A stretch of DNA of 36,942 nucleotides from a virus (taxonomy: Duplodnaviria > Caudoviricetes). Below the pieces are notes generated by a model. That model searched no databases and was not told where the DNA came from. It saw only the letters and a list, made by a program, of their open reading frames with translations. Of this stretch, positions 33,669-36,942 are shown in pieces (positions within the stretch are counted from its first letter, which is position 1; each line of letters starts with the position of its first letter). Made by a program: the position numbers and the translations under genes. The stretch is taken from IMG/VR virus record IMGVR_UViG_3300037790_000013, positions 1 through 36,942 of that record, one strand, 5' to 3'.

Positions 33669-34052
33669 ATGAAGCCAAAGACACCCGAACAACTAGGACA
33701 GCAAGCCAAAGAGAGTTTGGGTGAATCTGTGCAGGCAGTAAAAGAGAAGCGATTGATAGCGGATTACTGGCCTACTATGACTGAGTTTCTTGATTCTCTA
33801 GGCGTTGACAAGGTTCCTGCTACGGCTTGCCAAGTGTTTGTAGCGCATCAAGTTGTCTGGATTAACATTGTTAACCGCTATGATTCCGTAGATTTCGATA
33901 GAGAGAAGTGGAATTACTTTTTAAAGAAGTCCTCAAAAATAGAAATTGCAAAGATGTATGAAGAAGTTGAAGCGATCATCAAAAAGCACGAAGAGGAAGA
34001 AGCAAATGAGCGAGTATCAGAAACTGGTGAAGATGTGGCAGGCCAAGTGTAA
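33669..34052 (+). CDS. Hypothetical protein
   Basis: GAGGA RBS after a promoter. Confidence 0.7.
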   Translation: MKPKTPEQLGQQAKESLGESVQAVKEKRLIADYWPTMTEFLDSLGVDKVPATACQVFVAHQVVWINIVNRYDSVDFDREKWNYFLKKSSKIEIAKMYEEVEAIIKKHEEEEANERVSETGEDVAGQV

Positions 34053-34129
34053 GCAAATGTCGCCTATAGATAACGCACGTCACATGTATGACTGCCCAAA
34101 CGGAATGCAAGAGGAGCACTGGATAGAGC

Positions 34130-34345
34130 ATGATGATTGAATACATACACTCGGAAAATGGTGCAATCTATGACCAGGTTGCAGATGGATTTATTAGCGT
34201 AAGCCAAGGCTGTGAAGAGTTTGCAAAGCTATATAAGCACTTGATAGCAAAAGAAGTGGATGCGGTATCAGTTATGGTTTTAGCAGAAATAGATAGTGCT
34301 TGGCGTAACTTAAAAGAAAGAGATTTCATAAAAAGCTATTTTTAA
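34130..34345 (+). CDS. Hypothetical protein
   Basis: Operon packing. Confidence 0.55.
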   Translation: MMIEYIHSENGAIYDQVADGFISVSQGCEEFAKLYKHLIAKEVDAVSVMVLAEIDSAWRNLKERDFIKSYF

Positions 34346-34372
34346 TAGCGGTTATATAAATAGGAGAAACAC

Positions 34373-34573
34373 ATGAACAAGTCATTTTTAGCGGGATTGT
34401 TTATCCCTACATTTATCTCTGTTGTTGGCTATGCCATTAGCATTGGTCATGCGCAAGAAATAACGCAGGCCTGCAATGAAGCAGAGCAGATTATTATTGA
34501 TGATATGCGTAAAGATCAGCAGGCACTAGAAGGTCGTCGTCCTTTAAGCAAGCTTATTGTGGAAGCCGAATAG
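34373..34573 (+). CDS. Small N-terminally anchored membrane protein
   Basis: AGGAG RBS; N-terminal TM. Confidence 0.65.
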   Translation: MNKSFLAGLFIPTFISVVGYAISIGHAQEITQACNEAEQIIIDDMRKDQQALEGRRPLSKLIVEAE

Positions 34574-34977
34574 TGGACAAGATTAGGCTTGTATCCACTA
34601 GTCACAAGGCTTTCCATGGAAATCTGCTCTCAATATGGGAGCAGGTTAAAAAAATACCCGATGGAAAGTCTATAGAGATAATAGTAAGGCCGTTTAAGCA
34701 GCGTAGGAGCAACCCTCAGAACGGTAGACTTTGGGCTATACATACACAAGCTGCAATGTTTATTAGCGCTAATACGGGCTCTAAGTGGACTTCTGATGAC
34801 ATGCACGAATGGTTTAAAGATATGTATTGCGGCGTTGAAGAGGCATCACTACCCAATGGGCAAAAGATGTTTAGAGTAAAAAGCAGTACAGAGCTAAACA
34901 CAGAAGAAATGAGCATAGCCCAGGAAAAGTACGTGGCTTATTTGCAAACAGATTTGGGTATACCTTTAGATATATAA
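34573..34977 (+). CDS. ninB: NinB/YbcN-like recombination protein
   Basis: RSNPQN..LW; H..FK; SSTEL...EM. Confidence 0.8.
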   Translation: MDKIRLVSTSHKAFHGNLLSIWEQVKKIPDGKSIEIIVRPFKQRRSNPQNGRLWAIHTQAAMFISANTGSKWTSDDMHEWFKDMYCGVEEASLPNGQKMFRVKSSTELNTEEMSIAQEKYVAYLQTDLGIPLDI

Positions 34978-34994
34978 ATATTTAGGAGTTAAAA

Positions 34995-35216
34995 ATGGTT
35001 TTTGGTTTTATTGATGAAATGATAAACACTGGCGCAAAAATTGCCGAGGATGCTATCGACGTTGGACTTGGCGCGTTATCAATGGGGGAAATGGGAGACC
35101 TTAGTAAAGAAAAAGTTGCTCGTCTTATTTCCGCAGGTGTAACTATTTATTCTATTTCAGAGGCAACTGGCATTGCTGTCGAAGTACTCGAAAAGCTTAT
35201 TGAAGAAGAATGCTAA
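34995..35216 (+). CDS. Hypothetical protein (possible HTH at the C-terminus)
   Basis: AGGAG RBS; TIYSISEATGIAVEVL. Confidence 0.6.
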   Translation: MVFGFIDEMINTGAKIAEDAIDVGLGALSMGEMGDLSKEKVARLISAGVTIYSISEATGIAVEVLEKLIEEEC

Positions 35217-35479
35217 AGAAAAAGACCTATAGAAACAGAGCATACCTAGATTGGGTTAAAACACTAGATTGCTGTAACTGTGGCGCTCCTGCTGATGATC
35301 CACACCATATTATAGGCCAAGGCGAAGGAGGCATGGGTACTAAAGCTAGCGACTTGCTAGTAATGCCTTTGTGCAGGGGTTGTCATACACATATACATAG
35401 TTGCCATGAGCTGTGGGAAATGCAGTGGAAGTGGGTTGCTAAGACATTAGAAAGAGCTATAGAGGAAGAGGTTTTATGA
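35210..35479 (+). CDS. DUF968-like zinc/HNH-type protein
   Basis: YLDWVK...CC.CG..ADDPHH.IG...GGMGTKA.D...PLCR.CH...H. Confidence 0.85.
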   Translation: MLKKKTYRNRAYLDWVKTLDCCNCGAPADDPHHIIGQGEGGMGTKASDLLVMPLCRGCHTHIHSCHELWEMQWKWVAKTLERAIEEEVL

Positions 35480-35757
35480 AGATATTACAATTTATTTATT
35501 TTCTTTTGAAGGGCCACGGGTGGGAAGCATCAAAGCATGTTGTTTACCATTGGAATATAGAGGTTTGGACATTTAGCGCGATCAGAGAAATAAATGACGA
35601 TTTCTTTGAAAGTGAACATTTCGTTAGGTGCCCAAAATGCGGTCACACTCGAACATCAAAAAGAGGATGGCCAAACGCAAAAGGATGGCATGAAGATTTT
35701 GGGCTAACCTATAAACAGGCATTAGAAAAAGCAAAAAGCTGCAATCAGTTTACATAG
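35476..35757 (+). CDS. Hypothetical protein
   Basis: GAGG RBS; CPKC motif. Confidence 0.65.
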   Translation: MKILQFIYFLLKGHGWEASKHVVYHWNIEVWTFSAIREINDDFFESEHFVRCPKCGHTRTSKRGWPNAKGWHEDFGLTYKQALEKAKSCNQFT

Positions 35758-35766
35758 GAGAAATAA

Positions 35767-36114
35767 GTGTCTAAATTCAGACGAGCGGCCAGAATAGACA
35801 AGAACCAGAATGAGATTGTCGAAGCGCTAAGGGCTACACCGGGTGTCACAGTAGAGCTAGGTCACGATGACATATTAGTAGGCTATGAGGGTCGTACATA
35901 CTGGGTAGAGATTAAGTCTGGCCCTAAAGCTAGAATTAAGCCCAGCCAGGAGAAATTATTGGCGGAGTGGAAGGGTCAATACAATATCTGCTGGGAGCTA
36001 GACCAGATCCTATATTTAATAGGCGTCAAGCAGCCAGAGTGTAAAACCTGCTATGAATGGGAGAATAGTCCTAAATGCGTACGTGACCACGCAGCAGAAA
36101 ACGGGTATAGTTAA
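35767..36114 (+). CDS. PD-(D/E)xK nuclease (VRR-NUC/resolvase-like)
   Basis: RRAARIDKNQ.EIV.ALR; DILVGY.G...VEIK; Q....W.G. Confidence 0.8.
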   Translation: MSKFRRAARIDKNQNEIVEALRATPGVTVELGHDDILVGYEGRTYWVEIKSGPKARIKPSQEKLLAEWKGQYNICWELDQILYLIGVKQPECKTCYEWENSPKCVRDHAAENGYS

Positions 36115-36129
36115 AATTATTTGTTTATG

Positions 36130-36236
36130 TGTTATCATGTGAAAATCGCCATACGGAGCTAATGGCGTCTGCACCGGTCACACGACTTCCCTCTTTAGGT
36201 GCAGTGTTAGCCCCGTCTAGTGCGGGGTATTTTTTT
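36130..36236 (+). promoter_or_regulatory. Lysis promoter with a three-hairpin leader and terminator
   Basis: TG-T-TATCAT -10; hairpins at 36147-67, 36169-204 and 36210-28, then T7 abutting the endolysin ATG. Confidence 0.6.
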
Positions 36237-36650
36237 ATGAATAAATTAGTTGAGCAGCTAAAACGCCACGAAGGCTTAGAGCTTAGTCCGTATAAGGATA
36301 CTGTAGGCAAGCTAACTATTGGTTACGGTAGAAACCTGGATGACGTTGGCATATCTGAAAAAGAAGCAGAATTTATGCTTCGTAATGATATTGCTATTGC
36401 CATCACGGAAGCTGATAAGGCCTTTGACTGGCTGCAAAACTTAAATGATGCCCGTAAAGATGTTGTATACAACATGGTCTTTAACATGGGTTTACCCAGA
36501 TTTAAGGGCTTTAAGAAGATGATAGCAGCGCTAGAGCGTAACTATTTTGCTGTGGCAGCTGATGAGATGATGGATTCACGATGGGCTCAACAGGTGGGTA
36601 TACGTGCCTTAGAGCTACAAAACCAAATGCTAACAGGTAAATACCAATAG
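36237..36650 (+). CDS. Endolysin, T4-type lysozyme (GH24)
   Basis: HEG.....YKDT.G..TIGYG catalytic E/D/T; NMVFNMG; DSRWAQQV..RA; start re-called to 36237. Confidence 0.93.
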   Translation: MNKLVEQLKRHEGLELSPYKDTVGKLTIGYGRNLDDVGISEKEAEFMLRNDIAIAITEADKAFDWLQNLNDARKDVVYNMVFNMGLPRFKGFKKMIAALERNYFAVAADEMMDSRWAQQVGIRALELQNQMLTGKYQ

Positions 36651-36656
36651 GAGAGC

Positions 36657-36893
36657 ATGATGGAATTACTAGACTATATTGATCTAATCCCAAACGGCTA
36701 TTTAGTGGCTGCGTTTGTTGTGTTGGGCATCCTGGCTATTATCCCTCATATCGCACCGCACACTAAAAACCCTTATGATGATAAGGTAGCCAAGGTTCTA
36801 GAGGAATACGGCGTTGCGCAGGGCATTAAGGCTGCTCTGTGGGCTATATTCCAGAGGCTGGCGGGCAACTATAAGAACGCCCAAAACAAATGA
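36657..36893 (+). CDS. Putative holin
   Basis: AGGAG RBS; TM helix followed by T.NP.DD; between endolysin and spanins; double Met start. Confidence 0.65.
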   Translation: MMELLDYIDLIPNGYLVAAFVVLGILAIIPHIAPHTKNPYDDKVAKVLEEYGVAQGIKAALWAIFQRLAGNYKNAQNK

Positions 36894-36942
36894 AACTGTT
36901 TACAGTAATATTCGAAGTATTAAGCAAGATTCTTGGCCTAGT

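Noticed and set aside
36129-36236. N-terminal extension of the endolysin as a SAR or signal sequence
   Set aside because: The GTG start overlaps the -10 element and has no RBS. The region is better explained as a structured leader.
36816-36942. 127-bp terminal direct repeat as a biological DTR
   Set aside because: The length equals a standard assembler k-mer and it cuts through the holin and spanin genes. It indicates circularity only.
1-36942. Genome-wide TAG recoding
   Set aside because: Many genes (portal, 12205..12534, endolysin, 1264..1548) end cleanly at TAG, and long genes are intact in code 11. Only one internal TAG was found.

Overview
This window appears to be a complete, circularly permuted phage genome of about 36,815 bp. 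The last 127 nt repeat the first 127 nt, which looks like an assembler overlap. It is a P22-like podophage, probably of a gammaproteobacterium (inferred from SSB type, P22-type virion genes and the spanin lipoprotein). One large leftward arm (29772->1786) carries small early/accessory genes, TerS, TerL, portal, scaffold, P22-type coat, gp4/gp10/gp14/gp7/gp20/gp16-like proteins and a tail appendage. A rightward arm (30317->1548, across the junction) carries HNH, ERF, SSB, NinB, nucleases and the lysis cassette. I recognise no integrase, CI/Cro, replication initiator, helicase, primase, polymerase, Q antiterminator or ParA/ParB. Instead the genome is rich in cis-elements for host proteins and in structured non-coding regions: (i) eight CRP-box promoters, each 20-21 bp upstream of a -10; (ii) near-perfect sigma54 -24/-12 promoters in the virion region; (iii) a perfect chromosomal-type parS site; (iv) a roughly 430-nt structured non-coding RNA region at the divergence point, where the repressor and replication genes normally lie; (v) a tRNA-like RNA lacking its anticodon arm; and (vi) several short promoter-hairpin sRNA candidates. 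The best candidate for a new system is a phage without Rep or repressor genes that may use RNA elements and host global regulators for replication, segregation and transcription timing. Product calls come from motif recall and synteny, not database searches.
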